A DNA stretch of 64,000 nucleotides from Octopus vulgaris (lineage: Eukaryota), in assembly GCA_951406725.2 (NCBI GenBank), contig OX597817.1:95232001-95296000 (forward strand), given 5' to 3'. Of the stretch, positions 1-13,414 are shown one piece after another. The notes under the pieces were generated by a model that was given only the letters and a program-made list of their open reading frames with translations, was not told the origin of the DNA and made no database searches. A program made the translations under genes and the position numbers. Numbering within the stretch: the stretch's first letter is position 1; the number at the start of each line of letters is the position of its first letter.

Positions 1-415
1 CGATAAAGAGAGGAATCATATATTTCATCACTAAAGCTTCAGGAAAGACCACTAAGTGGGTCTGAATGAAGAGGGCAGACCAGTTGTTTGCTGTGATGCA
101 AGCTAAGACTTGATCAGCACAGGCTGGGTTAACTGACCAAGGGGTCTGCTGTTGAAATGCCCTAAACCCCATATGATCCTAAAAACATCACTGGTGATGC
201 ATCCCAGAACACCTGTGAGATGTATCTCAGAACTAAACTACTAGCTATTTATATTGGTTGATTATGAAGTATAACCCATACCAAAGTAAATGTGTTATTA
301 GAAAGTTAAACAGTTGTAGTAGAGATAAGTGTTTAATATACATACATACGTACATATGTGTACATACATTTAGGGCCACAAACAGTTATATACAATGTTT
401 CAGTTATATATAATA

Positions 416-1420
416 CTAGCAGAGGCACCCGGTGTTGCCCAGGAATGAAATTTTTTCCCTCTATATTGGAAGAAAAGAACAAAATATGTTGTATAGAAAT
501 TTGTTATTCTAAATTCAATTTATTCTTCAATTGAGATACAATTTATTCTTAATTCATAATACAAAATAATAATAATAAACAAAAATACAAAATTTACCAC
601 TTTTATGAAAGGAGATAAATTCTACCACACATGTTGAAGGAAATTACATAAGAGCTTTTCAGTAAACAACATTCTTTGTTTTCTGGTTTGGAGCATAGAC
701 AAATAAGTCTTGTAAACTACCTACCCTGGAGCAACCAATATAAAGTTGACCATGAGAAAAGTAAGTCAGTAGATTTCAAAGACTGACCTTGAGCTTTTGT
801 TATTCCAAAGCAAAGTCGCACTGGGAATTGTGTTTGTTTGAACTCAAACAACATGTCTGTTGGTTTGATTAGAATTCTTGGAATGAAAGCCTCTTCCCCA
901 GAGGCACATCCAGTGATGATGGTGTTTCTATCACATTAGGTGATAATTCATCAAGGACTGAATCAACTGATTTGTACTTCTTAATGACTATTGGAATCTT
1001 ATTCATTAATTCATGGTTAATCCTTGTAGGTGTCTCATTTTTTGGAGCAAGAATTACCCTTTACACAACCATTTATGTGAATTGTATTTATTACTTAAGT
1101 CTGGAAATACCCTGTTCTTCAATTCAGCTGGGAAATTCACCATAATAGCAATATAAACCAAACTGATATTGCCATTCCCATCAAATAGTACTTTCCCATT
1201 TCCTAATTGGAGGAGACAGGTTGAAAACTGTTGTGCACATTGGTCCCCATGTAATAAAGCTTGCGCGTTAGTATTGAAGGAGAATTTCAGTACTTTATTC
1301 CATAGGTGTGAAGACTTAATGCATGCTTTTATTTCATCAGACCTTGTTCGTCTCAGAATGACTTATGAGTTAATGTATTTATATCAAGTCCTGATATTTA
1401 TGACCTTGTTTGAATGTTAA
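416..1420 (-). mobile_element. Helitron 3' remnant with degraded PIF1 helicase C-terminus
   Basis: Minus strand reads FKQTQFPVRLCF..KAQGQSL..FSHGQLYIGCSRVG with frameshifts; it ends with the hairpin cctgggcaacaccggg followed by CTAG (416-419). Confidence 0.8.
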
Positions 1421-2216
1421 ATATCTTTATGGTCTATCACTGACATGTTTGTGGCCATGGAGCATGGCATACTAAGTGCAACCCTCTTTCATTTCTCACT
1501 TGATAAGACATCACTTCACCTACACTTTACTATCGACACCTTAGGAAAGGCATGAACAACACAGCCTCTAATTTTTCTAATTTTCTCTTTTTGATTACTT
1601 TGAACCAAGTTAAAGAAGAAAACAGTATCTACATGTTATTGTTTTTTTTTAATGGCATAGTGGGAGAAGGAAAGGGCAACAATTGTGATTCCTTCTTCTT
1701 GTGCTGTGTGACTGGTGGAGGTAAGGAAAAAGTTGTCTGTAAACTGGAGACCTGGCCTGAATGTTAGTAACAGAATGTCTCCAGTAAAGGCTTCTCAGGA
1801 TCTGATGATGGATTGGGTTTACTACCAAAGAATACAAACAGTTCCTTTACAATCTACCAAATTTCACTCATAAGGCTTTAAGCAATTTCAAAGCAAGCAG
1901 TAATACAAAGTGTCATACCTGAAAGTAATATAATTGCAAGAACTTTTACCACACAGCCATGACTCCATCCATAATTCTTGCATAACTAAACTGTCCTCTC
2001 ATCTTTTACAGCACCACCTTTATTGAAGACGTCAACAGTTACAGACCTCACCTGAATGATTTTCCACGGGAAGCAAAACAATTTGGTGGGCTACATCCTT
2101 TCTTGCTCTAGTGTACTAATTCACTCTTCCTGACACACACATATACAGAGAGGTGGTGGGGAGATTCTCACATACAGATACATACAAACACATAGAAAAG
2201 AAGAAGATATTGAGAA

Positions 2217-2405
2217 ATGAAACAGCTACCACAAGGAAATGGCAAGTATGAAGTGGGAGCCATGGATATCATGACAGAAAGAAGTGAAGAAGAACCTGAT
2301 GGATGTTTTCTTAGAATATATTACCCCACCATGTTGAATTCAGAGGCAGCAAAAGGCCTAAGTTCATCATCCAGCATGAAGTCAAACATCAGTGAATGTA
2401 ACTAT
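2217..2405 (+). CDS. PAF acetylhydrolase (PLA2G7/PAFAH2 family), coding exon 1
   Basis: MKQLPQGNGKYEVGAMDIM...GCFLRIYYP resembles the PAF-AH N-terminus (LP.G.GPY.VGC.D.M, FLRLYYP). In-frame stops lie upstream of the ATG; GTAAGT donor at 2406, phase 0. Confidence 0.85.
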
Positions 2406-2689
2406 GTAAGTATGTCAATGTTGTTAGTGTGGTTATGCGTATGTGTATGTATCTACAAAACAAAAATTTGAAATTGGGAAAAAAATTGTGATGAGTGTCA
2501 GTATGTATGTATACAAGTCCACCAGTTTTCATTTACATATTAAATTCTGATATAATAATAATTTACAAACTCTGAAAGGTATTTGTAGAAAATTTCATTA
2601 AAAAAATACCCAGCAATTCCTTATAATGATTTGAACCAATTACAACAAGAGGTATTTTTCTGTGGTAAACATATCAACATATCAACACT

Positions 2690-4150
2690 TCTACTTGGAG
2701 CTATTTATCACCACCATCAAGACACACAGCTATTTGACTTCCTCAGAATTGCATTCAGGAAAACAGCTACTTATGTTTTCATTGCTGGTGACTTCAATTA
2801 CCCTGAGTTTGATTGGGAAACCTTTTGTTGGCTGCAAAATGCAAATGATTTCCTTGTTTTAGTGCTGGATTTTGAGCTGATCCCAAGTAGTCACCTACCC
2901 AACAAGAGGTAACAATAATTTGGCTCTACTTTTTACCACCACCCATGAAACAATCATCAGTGTAATTACCAAGGAACCTTTTAAGAAATCTGATCATGCT
3001 GTCATCATTGCCAATTTGTTTCTTATGGACAGAAACAACAACCTTCACCATCTCCAAAGTACTTGCTTTGACTGGAACAAAGCAGACTGGAACTCTTACT
3101 GCTCTGAGTTACAACACCTAGACTGGCTTGACTTCTATGATGCCAGAGATGTCAATTCTGTACTTCAAAACATCCTCAATTCAATCTGGGATGAATGAGA
3201 AGCATCAGTACCATGCTCAACATTGCAGTTTGGAGACAGCAGCAGTCTGACTTGTCAGGAAAGAATGTTGTGAATACAGTCTACATAAAACAGAAGAGAA
3301 TAGTAGGTGCAATAGATCATCTAACCATCTCAAGCAGATGACAAAAAAGGTAGTGCTTGAATTTGGACAATATAGCAACCAACCCTGATAGCAAAGTGTT
3401 CTGGAAATATATATGTTTGAAGCAGAGACAGCATTCTCTTTGTAATCCCTAGACATGTAGGATTACTGCTGATCTCAAAGGATGCACAGAACATATTGCT
3501 GAATGCTAAGCTGGCATTTTTACTGTTGAAAATCCAAAAGTACTATCTTCACCACCTCTGACATCAAATTCTATGACATCTGTGAAATTTACATTTGCAA
3601 TGCCACCTCAAAAATAAGTGCAACTATGCCTCTCTTGGTTGTGATGGCGTTACTTATCTGTTCTCAAATACAGTGGGTCCTTTCTTTTGTACCAGTTTTC
3701 AATCTTCTTCCAATTCTTCCTTAATAGCTGTGTCATCTCAGAGCAATAGAAAATTGTCAACATCATTCCCCTGTTCAAAAAGGGTGATCACAGATCACCT
3801 GTCAACTCTTTTCCAGTCAGCCTTACTAGCTGCATTGCCAAACTGATAGAGTCCAGTATCAGAGTAACACTCTGAAATGTCTGGAACAGTCACAGCCTTA
3901 TTTCACCCTCACAATTTGGATTTATCCCTAACTCCAGGGCCTCTGGCCAACTCAACAAGTTTCTTGAAGACACCACCTAAATTACTGATTGCAGCTCATG
4001 GGTGGATGTTATTTATCTTGACTTTGCTACAACTTACAAGTCTGTGCCACAAACGACTTATGGCAAAACTTTCTGCAATGAGTGTGAAAGATGATTGAAG
4101 TCCTTCATCTTTGGTGGAAAGGGATAGTAACAGTTCTAGGACAGCATCCT
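2690..4150 (+). mobile_element. Degraded CR1/L2-type LINE (endonuclease plus part of RT)
   Basis: GAIYHH..GDFNYPEFDW, SDH and DWNKADW motifs in ORFs 2631-3198; a broken DVIYLDF-like RT motif near 4005. Confidence 0.7.
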
Positions 4151-4575
4151 TCACCTTGAGATGACACCTGGTATACACAAGGATCCATTCTTGGATTTCT
4201 GTTGTTTGTTGCATATATTAATAACATAGATGTCAACTTGAAGAATGCTGCAGTATTGAAATACACAACTGACATCAAGCAGTACCTTGAAATAAAAAGA
4301 ATAGATCTTATACTCTATAGAACTTTCTTGCAATGAGACAGGGACACAAAGCAACAATGGATTACTATTTTGGGAGGAAAACCCAGCTATAACACACTCC
4401 CTCAACAACACCAATCATAAGAAGTCTGTTATTGAATGTGACTTGGAGAACACCTTCAAGTAGCATCTCTCCAACCACAGATCCTTGTTTAGGATCTCAG
4501 AGACGATATGCCACATCCTTGGCCAGCCATGTATGGCACCTGAAGGATGTAGGGACTCCACACGCAATCTCCACA

Positions 4576-5463
4576 CTGAAGCCCCTACTGGTGACAAAGG
4601 GTCTCTCGCTCAGAGTGAAAGGTAGATTGTACAATGCATGTGTGCGAACTGCCATGCTTCACGGCAGTGAAACATGGGCTGTGACTGCGGAGGACATGCA
4701 TAGGCTTGAAAGAAATGAAGCTAGCATGATCCGCTGGATGTGTAATATCAGTGTGCACACACGACAAAGTGTAAGCGCCCTGAAGCATCGGATGTGTCGT
4801 GCAAGAGAGACGTTTGTGCAAGTATGGTCATGTACTACAGACGGATGAGGAGAGATGTGTGAAGAAGTGCCACTCCCAAACAGTTGAAGGAATCCGGGAT
4901 ACAGGTAGACCCGGGAAGACATGGGATGAGTTGGTCAAGCATGACCTTCAAACGGGCATCACAGAGGCAATGATGAAAGACCGAGACCTCTGGAGATATG
5001 CTGTGACTGCGAAGACCTGACAAATAACGTTTCCTGCACCAGCTTCACATAGCAGCCACAGCCCATCCAAAGTACCTTGGATCACAGGACAGCCTGCTGT
5101 GCTTACTTTGGATCGTAGGGTGACCTGCTGTGCTTGAGGAGACCTATTGAGTCAAGTACATCAACATCAAAATAAAAATCAAATGGAAATTGTAGTTGTG
5201 ATATCCATGCCGGTGGCACGTAAATAGTACCAAACGATCGTGGCCGCTGCCATCCTCCCCTGGCACCTGTGCCAGTAGCACGTAAAATGCACCCACTACA
5301 CTCACAGAGTGGTTGGCATTAGGAAGGGCATCCAGCTGTAGAAACACTGCCAGATCAGACTGGAGCCTGGTGCAGCCTCCTGGCTTCCCAGACCCCGGTT
5401 GAACCGTTCAACCCATGCTATCATGGAAAATGGACGTTAAACGTTGATGATAATGATGATGAT
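4576..5463 (+). mobile_element. RTE-clade LINE (family A), 5'-truncated
   Basis: LYNACVRTAMLHGSETW and GRPGKTW motifs, 3' UTR with ggcacgtaaa repeats, and a (GAT)n tail. Confidence 0.85.
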
Positions 5464-5614
5464 ATACACATATATGGGGTGGGGATGGTTGTATATTAAT
5501 ATATGTTATATTCATGTGTTTCTACATGTATAAATGTTGATATAAATAGTTTCTTCCTTCCAGAAGTCTATAATAAATAATTCCTTACTTTCTATTCTCA
5601 TTGATATTCTACAG

Positions 5615-5738
5615 TACTCTACTGAGAAGCAGAATAATATAAGTTGGTTACCAAAATCAGAATACCGAGATGGATATATACGCTTCATTGGCAAAGAAAA
5701 CTCAACTTTATACAACTGTCTCTTCAATTGGTTTGGTG
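5615..5738 (+). CDS. PAF acetylhydrolase coding exon 2
   Basis: Acceptor ttctacag; YSTEKQNNISWLPKSEYRDGYIRFIGKENSTLYNCLFNWFG resembles the PAF-AH WIP..EY..G segment; donor gtgaga, phase 1, matching exon 3. Confidence 0.8.
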
Positions 5739-6014
5739 GTGAGATACTATTTATTAATGACTTCAAATTATGTTTGAGGTTGTTTATTTTGTCTTGTTTT
5801 GTTTTTTTGTAATGATGTTCAAATCCTATTACTGACTTAACATACATGCATCACACAACAGTATATTTACTAAGTGCATACCTAAAAAAACAGTTGTCTC
5901 AACATTCAGCTGTTTGGTCAAGAATCTACTCTCATGACCATTTTTATTTATTATTTTTACTTTCACAATTATTTTATTATGATTTCCTTTATTTCTATAT
6001 GAGATTTAAATAAT

Positions 6015-6960
6015 CTACATACTCGAATCAAGTGGTCCTGGTTCATTTTGGACTTAACTCTGATTATAGCAGCTTTCAAAGGATCTTTGGTGTTATAGGC
6101 ATGTTCATTGAGCTCTCTCTCAACAATGCTCCACACGAAAAGTCCAATGGATTGAGATCTGGGGAATTAGGTGGCCAAATGTTAGGGGTTATGTAATCAT
6201 GAAAAGTTTCAGCCATCCATTCCTGTGTTACTGGAGCCATGTGTGATAGTGCAGAGTCTCACTGAAATACATATGGCCTTCCATTGCATATACTGTCTAT
6301 CCAGGACTTAACAATTATTTCCAGGACCTCAATGTAGGTGTCAGAGTTAACTCTAAGGCCTTGTAGAAAGAAGTAAGGAGGTCCTTCATTGCTGACAACC
6401 CCTAAAACCATGACAGTTGCAGGAAATTTTGTATGCCTAATGCTTGGAACTTCAGAAGGATCTGCACATAACCATCTGTTATTTCTTCGGTTAACTTTTT
6501 GATCTTGGTTGAAATTTTTCTCGTTTCAGAAAAACCAAATCACATCTTCTTCTGCTGGATTTTCAGTTTGTTTAAGAGCCTTTTAGATCTTATGTAGTGA
6601 TTTTCTTTTGCTTTTTCTGATAAGTTGACCTTTCCTCATCACATAAGACTTATATTTAATTTCTTCGTTGACATCATTTTTGACTGTCCCTTCTGACACA
6701 AGGAGATCTTTCGCAATTGACCTCATGGACTTTCTGGGATTGTAATCAATGGTCTGTTGAATTTCCTGGATAAATTCAAGTGTTCTGATGATTTCAGATA
6801 GTTTAGAATGCTTTTTATGCATTGATACTGGTGATATGTTTCCATCTGCAATCTCTTGCAAACTTTGAGATGAAAGATCTGGCAAATTTTCAAAATTGAG
6901 ATCTTTCTAAATCACTATGCTCAGCCTTTATAAACACAAGAACAGCATGCCTCTTAATTT
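6015..6960 (-). mobile_element. Degraded Tc1/mariner-superfamily transposase remnant
   Basis: Minus strand IWPPNSPDLNPLD motif at about 6145-6180; HTH segment NPRKSMRSIAKDLLVSEGTV in ORF 6583-6885. Confidence 0.75.
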
Positions 6961-6963
6961 TTT

Positions 6964-7222
6964 GACTAAGCCAGAAGGCTGCACCAGGCCCAGTCTGATC
7001 TGGCAGTGTTTCTACAGCTGGATGCCCTTCCTAACGCCAACCACTCCGTGAGTGTAGTGGGTGCTTTTTACGTGCCACCAACACAGGTGCCAGACGGGGC
7101 TGTCAGACGTTCACGATCGGATGGTGCTTTTTACGTGCCACTGGCACGGGGACCAGACAAAGCTGGCAACGGCCACGGTTGGATGGTACTTTTTACGTGC
7201 CACTGGCACGGAGGCCAGTCGG
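6964..7222 (-). mobile_element. Inverted 3' UTR fragment of RTE family A
   Basis: Reverse complement of the family A 3' UTR (ctggatgcccttcctaacgccaaccac; ttttacgtgccac repeats). Confidence 0.8.
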
Positions 7223-7225
7223 ATT

Positions 7226-8685
7226 GCAATTGAAGGGCCTAAGAGTCAACCTAGCTAAAACCAAAGTTCTAATAAGTTGGAAGGTAGACAAATCACAAAT
7301 GCCTTCAGGTAGATGGCCCTGCTCGATCTGTAGAAAAGATGTAGGTAGAAACTCTATAAGATGCACCAAGTGTAAGCTATGGACACATAAAAGGTGCAGC
7401 AATGTCAAAGGAAGGCTAACTAGGAAGATAGTTTTTGTGTGTGACAGATGCTCAGGAGCAATAAACACTGAAAATGCTCTGAGACCAACTTCTGCCACTT
7501 TCCAGGGAGAAAAACTAGAAATAGTTGATAGTTTCTGTTACCTAGGTGACCAAGTCAGTAGCGGGGGTGGGTGTGCTGAAAGTGTAAATGCTAGAGTAAG
7601 AATAGCCTGGGCAAAGTTCAGAGAGCTCTTACCTCTACTGGTGACAAAAGGCCTCTCGCTCAGAGTAAAAGGCAGACTGTATGATGCGTGTGTATGAACA
7701 GCCATGCTACATGGCAGTGAAACATGGGCCGTGACTGCTGAGGATATGCGTAAGCTTGCAAGAAATGAAGCCAGTATGCTCCGATGGATGTGTAATGTCA
7801 GTGTTCATACTCGACAGAGTGTAAGTACCTTGAGAGAAAAGCTGGACCTAAGAAGCATCAGATGTGGTGTGCAAGAGAGACATTTGCACTGGTATGGTCA
7901 TGTGGCGAGAATGGATGAAGATAGTTGTGTGAAAAAGTGCCACACCCTAGCGGTTGAGGGAACCTGTAGAAGAGGCAGACCCAGGAAAACCTGGGACGAG
8001 GTGGTGAAGCACGACCTTCGAACTTTAGGTCTCACTGAGGAGATGACTAGAGACCGAGACCTATGGAAGTATACTGTGCGTGAGAAGACTCGGCAGGACT
8101 AGTGAGACCATTACCCGTGGCCTCTACCTGGGATGTAGCCAGTCAACTTATGCATACCTTTCCTTCATTGGACACAAAACTCCACTTGTGAAGACCCGTT
8201 GAGGCAAGTGGAAATCGGAAATCAAAATCAAATGAAATCAAATCAGAAATCAGAACCAAAATCAAAGTCGATCAACATCAATGGAAATTGCAGCTGCGAT
8301 ACCAGTGCCGGTGACACGTAAGCGTACCACCCGACCGTGTCCGTTGCCAGTGCCGCCCCGACTGGCCTCCGTGCCGATGGCACGTAAAAAGCACCATCCG
8401 ATCGTGGCGGTTGCCAGCCTCACCTGGTCCCTGTGCCGGTGGCACGTAAAAAGCACCACCCTACCGTGTCCGTTGCCAGCGCCATCTGGCACCTGTGCGG
8501 GTGGCACGTAAAAAGCACCCACTACACTCACGGAGTGGTTGGCGTTAGGAAGGGCATCCAGCCGTAGAAACACTGCCAGATCAGACTGGGCCTGGTGCAG
8601 CCTTCTGGCTTCCCAGACCCCAGTTGAACCATCCAACCCATGCTAGCATGGAAAGCGGACGCTAAATGATGATGATGATGATGAT
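7226..8685 (+). mobile_element. RTE family A LINE, 5'-truncated, with PHD-like insert in RT
   Basis: GLRVNLAKTK, PCSICRK..C..C..W.H..C, FCYLGD, MLHGSETW and RGRPRKTW motifs; (GAT)n tail. Confidence 0.9.
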
Positions 8686-8713
8686 ACATATATATATATA
8701 CATATATATATGT

Positions 8714-8873
8714 ATCATCATCATCATCATCATCATCGTTTAGCGTCCGTTTTCCATGCTAGCATGTGTTGGACGGTTCTACTGGGGTCTGTGAAGCCAG
8801 AAGGCTTCATCAGGCCCAGTCAAATCTGGCAGTGTTTCTACGGCTGGATGCCCTTCCTAACGCCAACCACTCC
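8714..8873 (-). mobile_element. RTE family A 3' end, tail-to-tail with the previous copy
   Basis: (CAT)n followed by the reverse-complement 3' UTR, separated from the + copy by a short (TA)n. Confidence 0.8.
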
Positions 8874-8896
8874 GATATATATATATATATACATAC

Positions 8897-8927
<31 letters not shown>

Positions 8928-8964
8928 CATACATATATATATACATATATATATATATACATGT

Positions 8965-9258
8965 GAGCTCGAATCCCGGACTGGGCTGCGTGTTGTGTTC
9001 TTGAGCAAGGCACTTTATTTCATGTTGCTCCAGTTCACTCAGCTGTAGAAATGAGTTGCGACGTCACTGGTGCCAAGCTGTATCGACCTTTGTCTTTCCC
9101 TTGGATAACACTGGTGGCGTAGAGAGGGGAGGCTGGTATGCATGGGCGACTGCTGGTCTTCCATAAACAACCTTGCCCGGACTTGTGTCTAGGAGGGTAA
9201 CTTTCTAGGTGCAATCCCATAGTCATTCATGACCGAAGGGGGTCTTTACCCTTTTTTT
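8965..9258 (+). mobile_element. SINE with a conserved central-domain-like body
   Basis: B-box-like gctcgaatcc, then ttgagcaaggcacttt and tcactcagctgtagaaatgagt; inserted in (TA)n. Confidence 0.55.
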
Positions 9259-9311
9259 TGATATATATATGTGTATATATATTTATATATGTATATATAT
9301 ATATATATATG

Positions 9312-9505
9312 TAACGGGAAGGTTTACAAAAATAAACAAAAGACGAAGGCAGGTGGAGTACAAACAAACAAATGTATTAGTATGGCGCTCAGGAATAGAA
9401 ATAGAACAAGTCTTTTACGTTTCGAGCCTACACTCTTCGACAGAAAGATACACAGAAAAAAGCAAAGAGAAAAAAAAATGCGTGTAGGAGCTAACGATCT
9501 ATCAT
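9312..9505 (-). repeat. Solo terminal repeat (pseudo-LTR) of Penelope-like family B with hammerhead-like motif
   Basis: Closely similar to 14765-15003, which is the 3' end of a GIY-YIG element. Confidence 0.7.
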
Positions 9506-9519
9506 GATATATATGTATC

Positions 9520-12500
9520 ATGGCTCGGCTTCGCAAACGAAGATCAGGAAGGCTGTTCACGTCGTGTGCATGCACGCTCATGACTGACAAGTCCGATGGG
9601 AAAGGCAGGTCCGTGAGCAGTGTCCACAGACGAAGGTAACATCCGGTGTGGTGTCAGAGGTGGCTCGCACCTACCTCCTGCATCTCTTGTCTTTAAGTGT
9701 GTCTCTTCCTTGTTCCTCAAACTTGCTGACTGCGTTGAAGATCGTGTGGCGCCAGACATCACGGTCCGCAGCCAGGTCTGACCAGCATTGGTGGTTAATT
9801 TGACATGCTGTTAGAGACTTCTTGAGGTAGTCTTTATAGCGCTTCCTCGGAGCTCATCTCCCTCGGTGGCTGGTGGAGAGTTCGCCAAACAGGGCAATCT
9901 TTGGAAGGCGATGGTTCTCCATTCTGGAGACATGCCCTGCTCATCGGAGGTGGTATTTCAGTAGCGTGGCTTCAATGCTGGGGATCTTGGCCCGCTCCAA
10001 GACTTCAATATTTGTGACAAAGTCACTCCAGTGAATGTTGAGGATGGTGCGGAAACATCGCTGGTGGAAGCGCTCGAGGAGATGGATGTGACTGCGGTAA
10101 GTGATCCAGGTCTCTGAGCCGTAGAGAAGAGTGTTGAGAACCACGGCCCTGTAGACACTGATCTTTGTTTTGTTCTTCAGGCCACCATTGTGCCAAACAC
10201 GTTTGTATAATCTGCCAAAGGAGCTATTTGCCTTAGAAAGTCTATTGTCAATTTCCTTGTCGATCCTTGCATCGGACGAGATGATGCAGCCCAGGTATGT
10301 AAACTGCTGTATTGATTTCAGTTCAGTACCGCAGATAGTGATGTGGAGTGGGCGGTATTCTTCTTGGGGTGTAGGTTGGTGAAGTACCTCCATCTTCTTG
10401 AGGCTGACCTCCAGCAAGCCAAAGAGCTGCGAGGCGTCTGCAAAGCAGGACGTGATGCACTGCAGAGCTCGCCCTGTGTGGGCAACAAGGACAGCGTCGT
10501 CTGTGAAGAGAAAGTCTCAGATCAACCTCTCCTGTGTCTTGGTGTGGGCTTGGAGGCGCTGTAGATTGAAGAGACTGCCATCCAGATGATACCTAACATA
10601 CACCCCATCCTCATCCTCCATACCTTCAGTTGCATGCTTGATCATCATGCTGAAGAGAGTCGGTGCCAGGACACAACCCTGCTTCACACCGTTGGAAATG
10701 GGGAAGGGCTCCGATAGGTCAACATTGAGTCTGATCTTGACCACGCTGATTCTTGTGCAGCTGGATCACCATCTGTAGAAACTTGGTGGGACAGCCAAGT
10801 CATTCCAGGATGAGCCATAGTCCTGTCCTGCTCACTGTGTCAAATGCTTTTATAAGGTCCGACGAAAGTAGCATAGAGTCTCCTGTTTTGTTCTTGGTAC
10901 TTCTCCTGGAGTTGGCGGAGGATGAACACCATATTCGTTGTGCTTCTGTTGGCTCTGAAGCCACACTGACTCTCAGGGAGGTTTTCTTCAGCGATGGTTG
11001 GTACTAGCCTATTGAGCAGGATCCTGGCAAGTACTTTGCCAGCAATAGAGAGTAGGGTGATTCCCCGGTAGTTGGAGCAGTCAGACTTTTCACCCTTGTT
11101 CTTGTACAGTGTTATGATGACAGTGTCGTGAAGATCCTGTGGCAGCTTGCTCTACTCCCAGCAGCAGACAAGAAAATCATGGAGCTTGACATGGAGCATC
11201 GGACCTCCATTCTTCCAGATTTCTGGTGAGATGCCGTCAACTCCTGCTGCTTTGCGACTCTTGAGTTGTCCTATAGCTTCAATCGTTTCTTTGAGGGTGA
11301 GTGATTCGTTGAGCTCCTCTTTGAGTGGAAGTTGAGGAATGTGAAGGATGGCAGCGTCCTGTACAGTGCGGTTAGCACTGAAGTGGCTTTGGAAGTGCTT
11401 GGTACTTCTCCTGGAGTTGGTGAAGCGAGCGAGGATGGAGGTGTTATCAGTGAGGAGGTCCTGTCCATCTGAACTGCGTAGGGAACTCTGGACCTGGTGG
11501 GTGGGGCCATACAGTTTTCAGAGCCTCGTAGAAGCCTCTATAGTCTCTGAGGTCAGCACACAGCTGGGTTCTCCGTGAAAGGTGGTCCCACCACTCATTC
11601 TGCACTTCTTTGAGTTTTCGCTGCGGGGTGCTGCATGCTCGCTGAAAGGTAGTTTTCTTCTCAAGACAGGCTAGTTGTGCGAGGTGGGCCTGATGAGCTG
11701 CCCTCTTCCTTGTTAGTAATTCCTGGATCTCCTTGTCATTTTCATCGAACCAGTCCTTGTTTTTTTCTTTGTGTGTCCAAGTACTTCCATAGATGTCTTA
11801 AGAATGGCTGATTTCAGGTTCTCCCACAAGGTGTCTGGGGTGGTGTCATCAGTGCAGGGGGATTCATCTAGTCTTTGCTGCAGGTTTGCTTGGAACTTGA
11901 TTTTCACTTCCTCCCGGCACAAGCTATCGACATTGAGTTTCTTTATGAGGTTACCTTTCTTCTTGAGTTTGGTTTTGAACTGCAGTTTGAGCTTGCAGTG
12001 GACAAGGCGGTGGTCAGAGTGGCACTCTGCACTGGGAATCACTCTTGTGTGTAGGACGTCTTTCAGGTCCTTCTGGCACACAAGCACATAGTCAAGTAGA
12101 TGCCAATGTTTGGACCGGGGATGCATCCAAGTTGTTTTCAGACGGTCTTTCTGTTGGAAGATTGTGTTGGTAATAGCAAGTTGGTGCTCTGTGCAGAACT
12201 CGAGCAGAAGGTGCCCGCTGTCATTACTGCCACCAATGCTGTGTCTTCCAAGGACTCCTTTCCAAGCCTCAGAGTCCTTCCCAACTTTTGCGTTGAAGTT
12301 GCCAAGGATCAAGACCTTGTCGTTTGCAGGGGTGTTGTTCAAGAGTCTATGCAGATCAGAATAGAAGCTGTCTTTGTCCGCGGGATCTGCCAGTAGAGTT
12401 GGAGCATAAACACTGAAGAGAGTGAGATGTTGTTTGCTCTCCAGTGGTAGGCACATGGATATGATGCGGTCCGAGTGGCCCGTGGGTAACGTTTCCAGTT

Positions 12501-13330
12501 TGGAGGTGATGGAATTCCTCACCATGAGTCCTACACCCAACACATTTTTCAGATGATAGTTTTCTGGACCAGAAGATGGTGTAGCCAGCGCCGCGTTCTT
12601 TGAGGCTGCCCTTGTCAGCGAAGCAGACCTCACTGAGAGCTGTTATGTCAATGTTGAGACAGGAGAGTTCATGGGCTGTGAGAGCCGAACGACGTTCCGG
12701 GCGGCTGCTGTCAGCCTTGTCAAGCATGGTCCTGACGTTCCAGCAGGCAACTTTCAACTCCTGCTTAATTTTCTTCGGTTTTGTTTCCATGTTTGTTCGA
12801 CCGCTCTGAAGATGCCCGTTGACCACAGTTAGCCAACTGGGTATAGAGGAGATGAGCCTTGTTTAGGCGAACCTTTTCTACCGCTCCTCTCCATGTGGAG
12901 CAGGCAGTGCTCTCCCTAAATAGGGCTGCCTGGTCGCTCAGGATGCTGCCGAGTGGTGTCGTCACCTCCGGGTTGACAACAAGGCGACCAAAGTCCTGAG
13001 CCACCTACATGTAGGGTTGAGACTACAGCTTCCAGTGACATCTTCCACCTGCCACTTTCGCCCCTTTCCCATCGCTGCAGGGCTTTTAGGATGGCTGGTC
13101 ACAGAACGTGGACATGTCCTTTGACCTGTGCTAGGGAGTTTTTTAAGGTGAAATGCAGTGCACGCAAACTGGCCCCACCCTTTAAGCACAAGGTTCATCT
13201 GCCATGGCCTAGCGAGCTGGGACAGTGACAGTGAGAACCGCGGGTCGTAGGTTTCAAGTCGGAGTCATCCTATCCCAGGAGGGTTGCCAACCATGGCTGA
13301 CGAGCCCCTCCTGCCCATGCCATCCAAACC
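9520..13330 (-). mobile_element. Near full-length RTE/BovB-like LINE with disrupted ORF (APE endonuclease plus RT)
   Basis: KVACWNVRTM, GVGLMV, FSVYAPT, GNFNAKVG, LDYVL, SDH, GVKQGCVLAPTLF, FTYLG and LLYGSETW in order across frameshifted ORFs. Confidence 0.9.
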
Positions 13331-13414
13331 AAAATGTGTTTTTGTTTGTGCATATGTTGATATGGGTAATTCGAGATGTGTTCACAGAAATGATCAAGTG
13401 TTTTGTTCTTACCT

